From: Macrostomum hystrix
Taxonomy: Eukaryota; Animalia; Platyhelminthes
Reading direction: 5' to 3'
Length of the DNA stretch: 64,000 nucleotides
Assembly: GCA_950097015.1 (NCBI GenBank)
Contig: CATNEN010000037.1
Location: 1,240,001-1,304,000 of the forward strand
The notes below the pieces were generated by a model that searched no databases, had not been told where the DNA came from, and saw only the letters and a program-made list of their open reading frames with translations. The first letter of the stretch is position 1; every line of letters begins with the position of its first letter. Position numbers and translations under genes: made by a program. Shown one piece after another: positions 38,510-51,500 of this stretch.

Positions 38510-41500
38510 TCACTGCTGCTGCTGCCGTCGCTGCCATTGTCCGGAGTTGGCCGGCGGCATGCGAGTTCGCAGCACTGATGATCGAGTCTCAAACGGCTGT
38601 CCAACGTTGGGCTAAAATAAAATTAATGAGCCTGTTGGTAAGTCACGTGACTTTTATGTTGATGTTGTGTCGCGTAGCGAGAGCCGTGCTTATATATTCT
38701 TGAACGTCACATGTACATCGATTATACGAGTATGGGTACACTATGAGCAGATGTGCACATAGGCCATTCACAACAGTTGACTTTTTAGATCTAGTCGCGT
38801 TTCCTACTTTCAAGTTTGAAAGAATTGCAAGATATTTAAATTTTAAATCAATTTTATTAAACTAAAAGCAATTAAAACATAATTGGGTACCTGTTATCAT
38901 GTCTGGGGTACCTGTTATCATGTCTGGGGTACCTGTTATCATGTCTGGGGTACCTGTTATCATGTCTGGGGTACCTGTTATCATGTTTGGGGTACATGTT
39001 ATCATGTCTGGGTACCTGTTATCATGTCTGGGTACCTGTTATTATTTCTGGGTACCTGTTATTATGTCTGGGTACCTGTTATTATGTCTGGGGTACCTGT
39101 TACGAGCGTATTATGTCTGGGTACCTGTTATTATGTCTGTGTACCTGTTATTATGTCTGGGTACCTGTTATTATGTCTGGGGTACCTGTTACGAGCGTAT
39201 TATGTCTGGGTACCTGTTATCATGTCTGGGGTACCTGTTATCATGTCTGGGATACCTGTTATCATGTCTGGGGTACCTGTTATCATGTCTGGGGTACCTG
39301 TTATCATGTCTGGGGTACATGTTATCATGTCTGGGTACCTGTTATCATGTCTGGGTACCTGTTATTATGTCTGGGTACCTGTTATTATGTCTGGGTACCT
39401 GTTATTATGTCTGGGGTACCTGTTACGAGCGTATTATGTCTGGGTACCTGTTATTATGTCTGGGTACCTGTTATTATGTCTGGGTACCTGTTATTATGTC
39501 TGGGGTACCTGTTACGAGCGTATTATGTCTGGGTACCTGTTATCATGTCTGGGGTACCTGTTATCATGTCTGGGATACCTGTTATCATGTCTGGGGTACC
39601 TGTTATCATGTCTGGGGTACCTGTTATCATGTCTGGGGTACATGTTATCATGTCTGGGTACCTGTTATCATGTCTGGGTACCTGTTATTATGTCTGGGTA
39701 CCTGTTATTATGTCTGGGGTACCTTTTACTAGCGTATTATGTCTGTGTACCTGTTATTATGTCTGTGTACCTGTTATTATGTCTGTGTACCTGTTATTAT
39801 GTCTGGGGTACATGTTATCATGTCTGGGTACCTGTTATTATGTCTGGGGTACCTGTTATCATGTCTGGGGTACCTGTTACGAGCGTATTATGTCTGGGTA
39901 CCTGTTATCATGTCTGGGTACCTGTTATCATGTCTGGGTACCTGTTATTATGTCTGGGGTACCTGTTATCATGTCTGGGGTACCTGTTATCATGTCTGGG
40001 GTACCTGTTATCATGTCTGGGGTACCTGTTATTATGTCTGGGGTACCTGTTATTATGTCTGGGGTACCTGTTATCATGTCTGGGGTACCTGTTATCATGT
40101 CTGGGGTACCTGTTGTTATGCTTGGGTATCTGTTATTTCCTTTACGTTACCTGGCTTAGGTTTTGGTACCTGTTTTCTGTTGTGCGAAAGTAATTGGACA
40201 AATGACTTTTTCTTTATTACGAATATGGACTAGCTGAATATGGCAGATAAACTGCTACGGTGACTCGTGTAATTTTTACTAGCTGGGTTCGTGATTAAAG
40301 GCTAAAACAGGATGTCTCAGTTCTGCCCCAATGCAGTATTAAACAGCGGGTAGGGCGGGTCGCTGTTTCCGCCCACGCACGCACACCCTGAAGCAACTTT
40401 CATCGCTGGACAATTTTCTCCTGAAGGAAAAACGAAGAATACACGCAGACGAAGAATGTGGGATCAGCGCGGCGAGTCGCAAATCCCGTGAAAAAATCCC
40501 GCCTGGCAGTTGGAGCGTGGAAAACATTCCTTAACCCGGCCTAAACTAAATTATCAATGTGATTAGAAGGTGTAAGAATGGTTCACTTTACCACCGCGTC
40601 GCCTATCTGTCCGGCTCTACGCTCGTAATACCTAAATCTCATTTTTTGTAAATTAATAATAATTTTACTTAGGGTTCGAGGCACTCTACTAACAGTAGGC
40701 AAGTTAAGAATATTCATATCGAAATTTACCTTAGCGGCCGCGGCGGCCGATTTGGCTTCGGTGCGGCGAACCTGCTCCTTCAGCCAATCGGCCTGGTATT
40801 TGTGCGAGATCACATCCTGGATGGGCGTTGGAGGCCTGGATTTTGGATTGGGATTTATGACTTAGGATATCGGGATTTAGGATATCGGGATTTAGGATAT
40901 CTGAGATTTAGGATATCGGAATTTAGGATATCTAGATTTAGGATTTCTGGATTAAGGATGGCTGGATTAAGGATATCGGGATTTAGGATGTCGGGATGTA
41001 GGATATCGGGATTTAATAAATAAATAAAATGGTGACTTTTTACTTATAGAGGACAAAAAAGCCAAGCTGAAAGTAGTCAAACCTGTACCAAATCCCGTGC
41101 CCTTCGGATTGGGCTCTATGGGCCGGCTTCGCCTGCTGCGCGACCGGCTGTCGGCGAAGTGCCCGATGGTCGCGAAGCTCGCGCGTTGTCGCGTAGCCAG
41201 ACTTGGCGGCAGTCCGATTGATACTGCGAAAGTCACGGTCGGGGCCCGGCTGTCTCTGTACAGCTGAGTTCTCGAACCAGGAGAACGCTGTGGAATGAGA
41301 ACGTTGTTGGCCTGATCGGCTCCATTGTCAATACCAAATTCCCAGTGAATCCCGATCCATGGATCCCTGTTTAATAAATCACGATACAAGTAAAGCCAGT
41401 TTGAGGAATCCCGATCCAAGGAATCCGAATTCTAGGAATCCGAATTCGAGAAATCCCAATCCAAGGAATCCCAATCCAAGGAATCCCGATTTAAGTTGTC

Positions 41501-44500
41501 CCTATTCAAGAAATCCCTATCCAAGGAATCCCTATCCAAGGAATCCCTAGCCAAGGAATCCCTATCCAAGGAATCCCTATCCAAGGAATCCCTATCCAAG
41601 GAATCCCTATCCAAGGAATCCCTATCCAAGGAATCCCTATCCGAGGAATCCCTATCCAAGGAATCCCGATTCTAAAAATTCAAATTAAAGGAATCCCAAA
41701 TCGAGGAATCCCGATTCGAGGAATCCCAATCCGAGGAATCCCGATTCGAGGAATCCCAATCCGAGGAATCCCCATCGCGAATCATCGAAGTCATCAGATT
41801 TTTTTTAATTAATTGATCTTACCTTTTGAAACCGCTGTCGGGTCGCGCCGAGTCCGTATCCCCATGGTCATTGTTTCCGGGACGTTGTGACAATAGGATC
41901 TCGACTTCGATAGCTGGGACTGGAAGTTAGGCAATTCGTAGATGAAGATACCATTTGTCTGGCATTGGTTTGAATACTTTTGAATACAAATTCTAAAAAA
42001 GGCGGACTGATAATGAGTTCTCGAAGGCCTCTAAATGTTTACTCATTCTCTGAGTTTGACTGTACTTTAACCTTAAATTACACGGCTTCTATCCTGTATT
42101 TGGATAAAATGTCTGTCTCTTTGAAAGTCCGCCCACAAAATTGACAACAATTTTTTGCCATTGATTCGTTCGCCTTTGACTTTGGACAGAATTCTTCCAA
42201 TTGGCAAAGTTTCTTTCTCTAAATTTCTTCAGGAATCAACAATTTGAAAATTGCTGACGACTTGGTCGTCATTCCAAAATAGGCCACTTCTTTGCTTTGC
42301 GGATTCCTGTCTATGAAAATCTGAAATTTTTCCGCCACTTTGAGAGCCGAAATCTTTGTAGATCGCTGCCTACAGGCCGGAAATGTTCAGGCTATCAAAG
42401 TGCTATCAAAGCGGCACTATTGATCCTGCCGACTGTCTTGCTGAATCTGCCAACTGCGTCCACTGCCTCAGCTCTCGGGTTGTGCAACACGGAACCTTGC
42501 GATGAAATCGGAGCCGAGATGCTCCTGCTGATGAAGAGATCGGCCGATCCGTGCGAGGATTTCTAGGAGCACGCCTGCGGAGGATTCAGCGACTTGAACG
42601 GCCGCTCGGGTCATTTACGCTGGACTGGACGAAGCGATTAGCGAAGGGCGCGCATACACGGACCGCTTGGTGCAGCTGCTTGCAGAGACTGAGGCCAGGC
42701 TGTTTCGCTTGCTGTCTGACTTTGCCGACCATATTGACAGCGCGGATGGCACGGCGCGTTTAATTGGAGCCGCGTTCGCCAATTGTCGCACCTGGCTACA
42801 GCCGGGCGCTGTTTCGCCATGCTGCCTAGAAATCTGAAAGCTCTGCGACTGCGGCTGGCCTGGCGACAACAGAACATACTGACTCTCGAGCAACTGCTGG
42901 CTGCGCACCTGCGGTTTGGCTTTGGTGGACTCTTCCAAATGCAGGCTAGCATCGTCAGCGACCTGATATTTATCAAGCCGGGCCGATTGAACTACAACCT
43001 GGCCAGCGAGGGGCGCTGGCGGTGGTCTCTGCGGCTGCTCTGTGAGGCCGGATTTCCTGCTAGAAGCGCTGCCGCCGCCGCCGAAGTGGCCACCGGTGTG
43101 GCCAGGATTGTGGCCGAATCGGCTAAATTCGAAGGCGCCGAGAACTCGGAGTTTACTGGCAGCATCAACGACCTGTACGACGGTATCTTCAACTGGGCAG
43201 ACTTTCTCTGGCACCTGCTGTCTCCGGCAAAGGCTCCATCGACCAAGTCGCTTAAAGTGCATCTGTATTCGTCTAAGCGTCATTTTTTAGCTCTGCTGAA
43301 GTATTTCGCCAGCATGCCGAGAGATGACATTGCGGCTTTCCTGACGCTCAACGCCTTCTTGGAGCTGCAGGATGAACTGTACGGCGACAACGATGGCATC
43401 AGCGTCTGGGACAGAGCCAAAGATTCCACAAGCCAGACGGACATGTTCCGCAGTCGTCGCCGATGCATCAACCTGACGGTCAAGCTGTTGAAGCCCGCAA
43501 TTGCACGGCACTATGAACAGCGCCACCTGCACCCCGATAGCTTGCGCACAGCTAGCGAAATGTTCGACAGCCTCCGCTCGGTCATGGAGACTTTCCTGCT
43601 GAATAAGTCGACGCTTGGTCGAGCCAACCTGAGCAGCGGATTGCGCTTGACAAGGGTGGAAATCGGCTATCAACAGTTTAGCGAAGCTCGCCTATCCCAG
43701 CTTTACAGGCCCGCCATTGAAGAGCTGCTGTCCATCTATTCCCGCCGAGCCACAGAGGCTGAAGCAATGGGCCTAGCTCTGGAGTGCCTGGCTAGCACTG
43801 ATCTGGCCTACCTGGCCGCGCCATTCGGCAGCCCCGACAGAGCTGGCCCGCTGCGCGTTATAGACACATTTTCAACCAAACCAATGACTTTAGTATTCCC
43901 ATCCGGCGATAAAATTATTTCACTGTCGCTGCCGATGCTGCAGACGCCGAGTTATAACCAGAATTATCCAGCCTTTGCCATCTTGGGCGGCCTCAGCTAC
44001 GTGATCGGGCACGAGGTTGGCCACGTGCTGGCCAGGCTGACACTGAGGTGCGAATCTGATGACCCAAAACTGGAAGAGATGCTTACTGATTCCATTGGTT
44101 TATAGTTGGCCCATTCGGTCTTTAGTGTTCTAGCCAGGAATAACAGCACTGAGAAAACAGAGTGCTGGCGTCAGTGAGTGGAATCGGCGCCGAGCGACTG
44201 TTTTTTATTCGTGCCGCTCAAAACCTGTGAAGCTGTCTTGCAGACATCCAGGGCTCGGAGTCCACGATGAAAGCCCTGTTCAGCGATGCCGCGCATCCGC
44301 CCGCACGCGAGCGGGTCAACAGCATGATGCGCCACACGGAGACATTCGGCCAGGCCTTGGGCTGCTCGAATGCGGCCGGAGAAGGTCGAGCAGAAACTGC
44401 CGAACTGTCTCATGCGCTGAGATAGCAACTATTGATGGCTTGTCATGGACTTTTGCATCGGTGCGAGCTACTCGTTATCTCAATCCTCTTTTTGATGGTT

Positions 44501-45090
44501 CGTTATAAGTCTTAATACCTTTACTATTTTTCTGATCCTCTTCAGAAAATGATTTACCACGCTAGATAAGTGGAGATAACAGATAATGATATATAATATT
44601 TGCATATAAATTCATATGCATATATGCAGAAATATGTATCGCTATTTTAATTATATATACATATGTGAGTTAATAATATTTTCACACAACTTCAACATCT
44701 TTTTGAGCGTTTCGTAATAAAAAAGATCGTAATAAATCGTGATAAATTTATAATATCTATCAATGACAACACCTTTCTAATAGACTGGCCCAGGTTATTA
44801 TGCATTATCAAATTTTATGTCTCTTTGATTTTCCTAAAAAAACAATACGAAACTAATAATAATAATGATAATAACAACAGAAAAAATATATAGTTAAGGA
44901 ATATTGTATATTCAAAAGAAAATGAACTTAAGCATGTAAAAGCTTTTGGTAAACATGTTTATTTCGTGACTGTGTTGCATGGCGAATGACTTACTCGTTG
45001 ATGCATTGTATTTAGTAGCATGCTGGGCCGCTTGTCACCTAGCAGACCTGTAGCTGTGTGCGCATACTTGTCGGCTAATGCGGATGCCAT
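38510..45090 (-). CDS. CFAP77: CFAP77-like cilia/flagella-associated protein, 5 exons, ~201 aa; 3' end uncertain
   Basis: Exons 45090-44995 (MASALADKYAHTATGLLGDKRPSMLLNTMHQR|gtaagt), 41919-41823 (SQLSKSRSYCHNVPETMTMGIRTRRDPTAVSK), 41287-41083 (AFSWF..DRDFRSINRTAAKSGYATTREL..HGIWY), 40835-40730 (RPPTPIQDVISHKYQADWLKEQ..) and 38611-38510 (PNVGQPFETRSSVLRTRMPPANSGQW..stop). Phases 0,1,2,0 are consistent. The motifs match, in order, CFAP77 [49 protein letters not shown] and YETRSSQLR as recalled. Confidence 0.85.
38885..40140. repeat. 21/22-bp minisatellite in CFAP77 intron 4
   Basis: Unit GGGTACCTGTTATCATGTCTG(G). Confidence 0.95.
40855..41015. repeat. 15-bp minisatellite in CFAP77 intron 3
   Basis: Unit GGATATCGGGATTTA. 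Confidence 0.88.
41400..41775. repeat. 15-bp minisatellite in CFAP77 intron 2, inverted relative to 40855-41015
   Basis: Units GAATCCCTATCCAAG and GAATCCCGATTCGAG. Confidence 0.9.
42297..44425 (+). pseudogene. Intronless M13 (neprilysin/ECE-like) zinc metallopeptidase pseudogene, nested antisense in CFAP77 intron 1
   Basis: N-terminal C.T..C..M..SADPCEDF*EHACGG; HExxH motif GHEVGH at 44010-44024; ExxxD EMLTD; C-terminal RLFFIRAAQNL*..HPPARERVNSMMRHTETFGQALGC. Lesions: TAG 42564-66, +1 frameshift ~42609, compensating frameshift ~42790, TAG 44103-05, frameshift ~44155, TGA 44228-30. Confidence 0.85.
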
Positions 45091-45556
45091 GGTTAGGATA
45101 TTAAATAATGAATTAAGAAACAAGATTAAATAAAATTTATATATTGGATATATCGGAGATAGGATACTATTGAAAATAAAGCAATTGAGCTGTATCACCC
45201 TCTAAACTTCTGTGAATTCAATAACCATCGTGTAATTGTAAGTCAAAATCCAACGGTTATACAATTTATTCCACTTCTAAAAATCAATAATTTTATTTAG
45301 GTATATAGAAAATATTTCAATGCTCTAAAAAACTACAGATTAATATATTAAATCTACAAATTGAGGTTTTGATTCTATCTGTTTTGTTAAAATGTGTTAA
45401 AAGCCTTAGAGTCTATAGCAATTCAACTTTTTGCTCTTTTAGACATTTTTCACAGAAGTCATATTATGTGACTTATGTCGTATAACTTTGTAGCGATCAA
45501 TATTAAAAAGCTATGCCTAGAAACCATCATCAAAGTCCTTAATTTTCTCCAAAGTT
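45091..45556. promoter_or_regulatory. Probable bidirectional promoter between CFAP77-like and LRRC63-like
   Basis: The two start codons face away from each other 466 bp apart. The interval is AT-rich and repeat-free, with an RFX X-box-like half site TGCCTAGAAAC at ~45514-45524. Confidence 0.5.
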
Positions 45557-48500
45557 ATGGAGCCAACCGTAGTATTAAGTAAGCCCGAAAATGGTGACAA
45601 GCCTACTGAAAAGGTTCTTCTTAGGCGTCCCAGACCGGCAAAGAAAGTTCAACCCTCGAATGAATTCTCGCGTCCGATTGCAACCAATTTTCAAGATTTA
45701 AAAACGCCACCAACAAGCGTCCAACGCAGTATCGGATCCTTGGCGCCAGTTCCATCCGACATGTCCAGACGCATACCACTTTCGAAAGAGGACAAGAAAT
45801 GGGTTCTGGACAGTTCCTACAACTCGAGGCAGACAACGGCGCATTCAAGAATGTATGGAACAAATCTATTGAAGCCATTTAAGCCAAGAGGTCCTGGCGG
45901 ACTCCCACCCAGGGAGGTGAAAAGGCAGCTTCCATTCTTCTCAGATTTCGTTCGCAGCGACGACGATGTGAGATACTCGAAACCGCCCCTCTTCACACTC
46001 AATGACTTCATCATGGACATTGCCCAAGATCACAAGATTTCGGTGCTAGAAGCTAAGCAGATTATTCTCTCAAGCGCAAATTATAAAAAGATAACCGAAT
46101 TTATAGCAGCTAAATTAAATGGGCATAGCACAACAATTTCGTTTGTCGACGTCGACTTAGACGCTATGGGTAAGTTAAACTGCTATTAAAAATTCAATGA
46201 TTCCATTTTTGGGTTGGTTCAGTGATTTGGTTCGATTTTTTCTGTTTAAAAAATTAACAAGGACTGACATAATTATAAAAGTTTAGAGATAGTTTCTGGA
46301 CAGTGCATAGGAATTGCATAGATTTGAATGTTTTAAAGTTTTCACACCATACAAAAATAAATCATTTTTTAGTTTTAGCTTTTGTTCTTGAAAAAAAAAC
46401 GACAAAAGCACTATAGTTTTTACAGTGTATCTGAGTCTTACGAGTATTTATTCTATGAAAAGTAAGCAAATAGAAAACAGAAAAAAATAACCCAAATTTT
46501 ACGTGTTAGAAGTTAGAACCATTTCGCACTATGCTTATGTTCCTGTCGAGATAAACATATCTCCATAATCTTTATAATTTATGTCTTAATTTTCCAGTTG
46601 CTCACCCAGATTTATTCTACATTTGTTCCCGCAATGCTGCACCCCAGCTTACTTAGCATTCTGACTCCCATAGAATGATTCCCACTGCAGTGCATATCAC
46701 TTTAATTTTACGCTCGTATTCTCTCAGCATTCGCTCCTCCCATAGACATCCCGTACTGTACCCTCCATCGTTCTAGCTACACTTAAATTTACTAAGCAAA
46801 GATCTTTATTCCCCAGTTGGATTGGCCAATAGACCAGATAAATTTATTTATTTGGCCGTTGAAATTTATCTGGCCGGGACAGATAAACATTTATCTGGTC
46901 CGGTGACAATTATCTGGCTTCAACTGTGGAATAAATACATTATCACCCACTTGTTTGACTTATCTATGGCCGAAAACGTCTTCGGACATCGTTTCTTGGC
47001 ATAGGCTTCGCCTCGGCCAATAAACGAGTCCTCAGCCGTTCCCGGCCAAAATAAACAAAAAAATTGGGTGATAACTTATACTTCTCAGACTTACGTCTTA
47101 TGATTCAACCACAGCATAAATAACAATAAACATTCTTTCCTAAGCGGAAAGTTCCTCTACTTCAATTTTATTTAAATCAACAAATATGCATTAAATTATC
47201 TATAATTTATAGGCATCGGACGCTTTTATGCGCATTCTCATTCATCTTCTGTTGCATAGATCATGGCAAAGTAGGTATATTTTCAGTGAACGCTCCCCTA
47301 AAAAATATGATTATGTCAGTTGGGCATTTTATTATGCACACTCACTAAATAAAGTTTATTACGAGTCTTTTTTATTCAACGCAAACTATGTCACTTTTTA
47401 ACTTTGGTTTACACTCGTATCATTAACCGTGTAACTAAATCACCATTTGTATCAATGTAGGTCAATTCAAAATTGTATGCTTTTACTTTAACCAACTCAC
47501 ATGTCTCACGTGAACTTATTGAACAAAGTCTGATCTCTGAACATCTAGAAATCTAGCTTTCGCCCACAATTCAGAGTCCATGGCTGACGAGACGCCTCAG
47601 CGGGTGCCGCACGCGCAGGCTCTTTACGAAATGGCCGCCCTCATCAAGGAGCGAGTGCGCGAAGCCTTGCACTTCGAAGTCGACTGTCGGGTCAGGCGAT
47701 TGCCTAAATTTGCGCCTGGCTTCAAGGTGGGCGAGGCACCGCACTCGGAGATTGTCTTGTTCGAGGGCAAGAAAGAGCAAGAACTCGATCGGATCGTCGC
47801 AGCTGGGCGGTGAGTTTGAGTTCATGTAGGATCATTCGAAGAAACCTTGTCTAGCAGTTTGCAGTTAGAACCCTATCTAACAGGTTAGAACCCAATCTAA
47901 CAGGTTAGAACCCTATCTAATAGGTTAGAACCCCATCTATTAGGTTAGAACCCTATCTAACAGGTTAGAACCCAATCTAACAGGTTAGAACCCTATCTAA
48001 CAGGTTAGAACCCTATCTAACAGGTTAGAACCCCATCTAACAGGTTAGAACCCTATCTAACAGGTTAGAACCCTATCTAACAGGTTAGAACCCCATCTAA
48101 CAGGTTAGAACCCTATCTAACAGGTTAGAACCCTATCTATTAGGTTAGAACCCCATCTAACAGGTTAGAACCCTATCTAACAGGTTAGAACCCTATCTAT
48201 TAGGTTAGAACCCCATCTAACAGGTTAGAACCCCATCTAACAGGTTAGAACCCTATCTATTAGGTTAGAACCCCATCTAACAGGTTAGAACCCTATCTAA
48301 CAGGTTAGTACCCTGTCGAATCTCTGTCTTGCAAGCTAGAACCACTGCCTAACAGGCAAGAACGATGCTTGTGAATAGGAACTTGCAGCTTAAAACCCTG
48401 TCCAAAAGGTGAAAAGTCTTGTCTAACAGGCGATCACAAATTTTATGTCAAACACCTGATCTTTTCGACATTACCTGCTGTCCAGCATTATATTTGCCTA

Positions 48501-51500
48501 AAACTTACAACTTGGCCCATCAACCACACTCAACAGGCTGACAGGTCACCCGACCAAGGAGACAATTTTCATAACTGGATCCATGCCAAGGCACTTTCAC
48601 GAGGCGACGCGATCCGCTTCACCCTTCAGTGAGTCGCAACTCCCGCTCATCAAAGGACCAAATCCAAGCTTTCACTTTAACCCGGTAGATTGCCCAACAT
48701 TGCATTGTAAAAGAAATTGTACAGATTAACTAATTAACACTAACCACAATTAACCAGTAGATCATATCCACACGTAATCTTTTGTTTTGTATAACAATTA
48801 ACAATGTTGATTGAACGCTTCGTACGTCTAGACTCAGCGCGTCCGCACCCGACATTGGTGCAAGAAGACTGGGCTGCTGACTTAATCCTGCCACCGCCGG
48901 CTTCGACAAATCCGACACCACCACCCCAACCTCCTCCGCCCCCGCCTCCCCCGCCAAACCGGCAGCGTCAGCGGCGTCGTCAGACGCCAATCGATCAGGC
49001 CCCGACTGTCTACTCCGACACTGCGAAAAATGTCGGATGGAGCTGTTTCAGCAGCCGCAGCCGCCTACTGGCCGCTGAATGCTGATGATGAGCAGGAGCA
49101 GAGGCCGTGTGAGAGCTGCTGATCATCAGTGAAATGGCTGATAGATTGATAGTTTGATAGTTTGATAGTTTGATGGTTTGATAGTTTGATAGTTTGATAG
49201 TTTGATAGTTTGATAGTTTGATAGTTTGATAGTTTGATAGTTTGATAGGTTGGCGAGGGCCATCTGAAGTTTCGTCCATGGACTGAGGGAAGGTGCCACA
49301 CCCTCCAAAATTTCTACCGAGTTTTACAGCTTGCTATTTGCTCAAGAACAAAAGAGCAAAGACTTCCCGTGGGCTGAGATTCGAGCTCCAGACCTCCAGG
49401 CGGGTTAGGAGTCCAGCTACGAGTACAATCTTCCATTTTAGATTTAAACTTTGTTTCGTGTTTTCTTGTCAATAGAACTTAAAAAAGAAATCTATCAGGC
49501 AGTTCATCTACGCTGAACTAACTGTATTACTTAGCTTTTTAATTATCTTTACAAAAGCATATATACTATCTCGACTGCCTCGACTGTGATTTTATTAATT
49601 TGATCTTCAAAATGTGAAAACTGTTTTTAATTTGCCACTATCCAGGCCTTCTTAAACACTTGCTTGTGTAACTCATAAATTTCGAGTAGTTTTAATTCTA
49701 TCTAAAATGCTACCCATACTACTTACATCCGATTTCAACTCATTGCAGCCTACGAAGAGAATCAGATTTCTCCTGCTGAAATCTGCGTCCTAGACTGCAT
49801 GCTCACCGGAGGCATTGCGCTCAGCCTCAAAGCCAATTTCATCTCCACCCTGCCGGATGTGTCTGTGCTCAGGCGAACACTCACCTACGTTAACTTGTCC
49901 TACAACGACTTCAAGGTTGGTTTAGCAGATATTTAGAATAGCTACACTACTATAGAAGTAGCAATTAGCCATTATCAATTGTTTTCGAAACTCTCTTGCA
50001 GGAAATACCAGTTGAAATATTTCAACTACCGTCGCTGCAAATTCTGAAAATGCGCAGCAACCCGATATCCATCCTGTCTAGCGATATCGAATTGCTCACT
50101 CAATTGGAGAGCCTGGTCCTGTCCTTCTGCCTCATCACCAACATTCCTGTCAGGTGCGAGAATGCGGAGTAGAACTCAGTTGACGATTAATGTAAAGATA
50201 GGTAGAAACAACATCAAATACAGAACTGGTGAAGGTAGGACACATCAAATACAGAACTGGTGAAGGTAGGACACATCAAATACAGAACTGGTGAAGGTAG
50301 GACACATCAAATACAGAACTGGTGAAGGTAGGACACATCAAATACAGAACTGGTGAAGGTAGGACACATCAAATACAGAACTGGTGAAGGTAGGACACAT
50401 CAAATACAGAACTGGTGAAGGTAGGACACATCAAATACAGAACTGGTGAAGGTAGGACACATCAAATACAGAACTGGTGAAGGTAGGACACATCAAATAC
50501 AGAACTGGTGAAGGTAGGACACATCAAATACAGAACTGGTGAAGGTAGGACACATCAAATACAGAATTGGTGAAGGTAGGACACATCAAATACAGAACTG
50601 GTGAAGGTAGGACACATCAAATACAGAACTGGTGAAGGTAGGACACATCAAATACAGAACTGGTGAAGGTTGGACACATATACGCTCTTGATTTAGACAA
50701 AAGACAAAAGCCACGTGCTCATTTCTTGCAGTCTCTATAAACTGAAGAAGCTGCGAATTCTCGACGTATCCTACAACAAGATCTCATTCTTGCACCGAGA
50801 GATCAAGGGCCTGCGGTGAGTCAGATATTCGCCGAACTCGACAATGATTTTATTAATTTTAATAAAATTAGACTGACTAGACGCTATCGAAGAGACGCCA
50901 TGGAATTTATGGCGAGAGCTCGCTAGAGATTGTAACTTGGGTTAGATGATGCTGAGACAAGATTAGAGATGGGGCGAGACAAGATTAGAGATGGGGCGAG
51001 ACAAGATTAGAGATGGGGCGAGACAAGATTAGAGATGGGGCGAGACAAGATTAGAGATGTAGTGAGATGAGATTAGAGATGGGGTGAGACAAGATTAGAG
51101 ATGTAGTGAGATGAGATTAGAGATGGGGTGAGACAAGATTAGAGATGTAGTGAGATGAGATTAGAGATGGGGTGAGACAAGATTAGAGATGGGTTGAGAC
51201 AAGGTTGGAGTTGGATTGAGTGAGGTAAGCAGTCGGAGTTAGATTAGATTGTTAAAGTCTCATCGAAAAAGACAAGAAAAAACTGCTCCAAGTGTATTCA
51301 GTGTGAATAACTATTATCCCAATTTCAGTAACTTGTCCTACCTGAACGTGGAGGGTAACGAGCTGACGAGTCTGCCTAGCAGCATGCTGGCCATGCGACT
51401 AAAGCGAATCCGGGTGCGAAACAACTACCTGCACCCGTTGCTATGGGCTGAGAACAGTCTCAGCCAGCCTCAGGTCAGTGAGCCAAATGCTCAATAAATA

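Noticed and set aside
46820-47025. MITE in LRRC63-like intron 1 (ATTGGCC inverted ends, TTATCTGG repeats)
   Set aside because: The inverted match is only ~7-9 bp, with no clear TSD and no second copy in the window.
47865-48315. Interstitial telomeric repeat
   Set aside because: The GGTTAG occurs once within a 20-bp unit, not as (TTAGGG)n.
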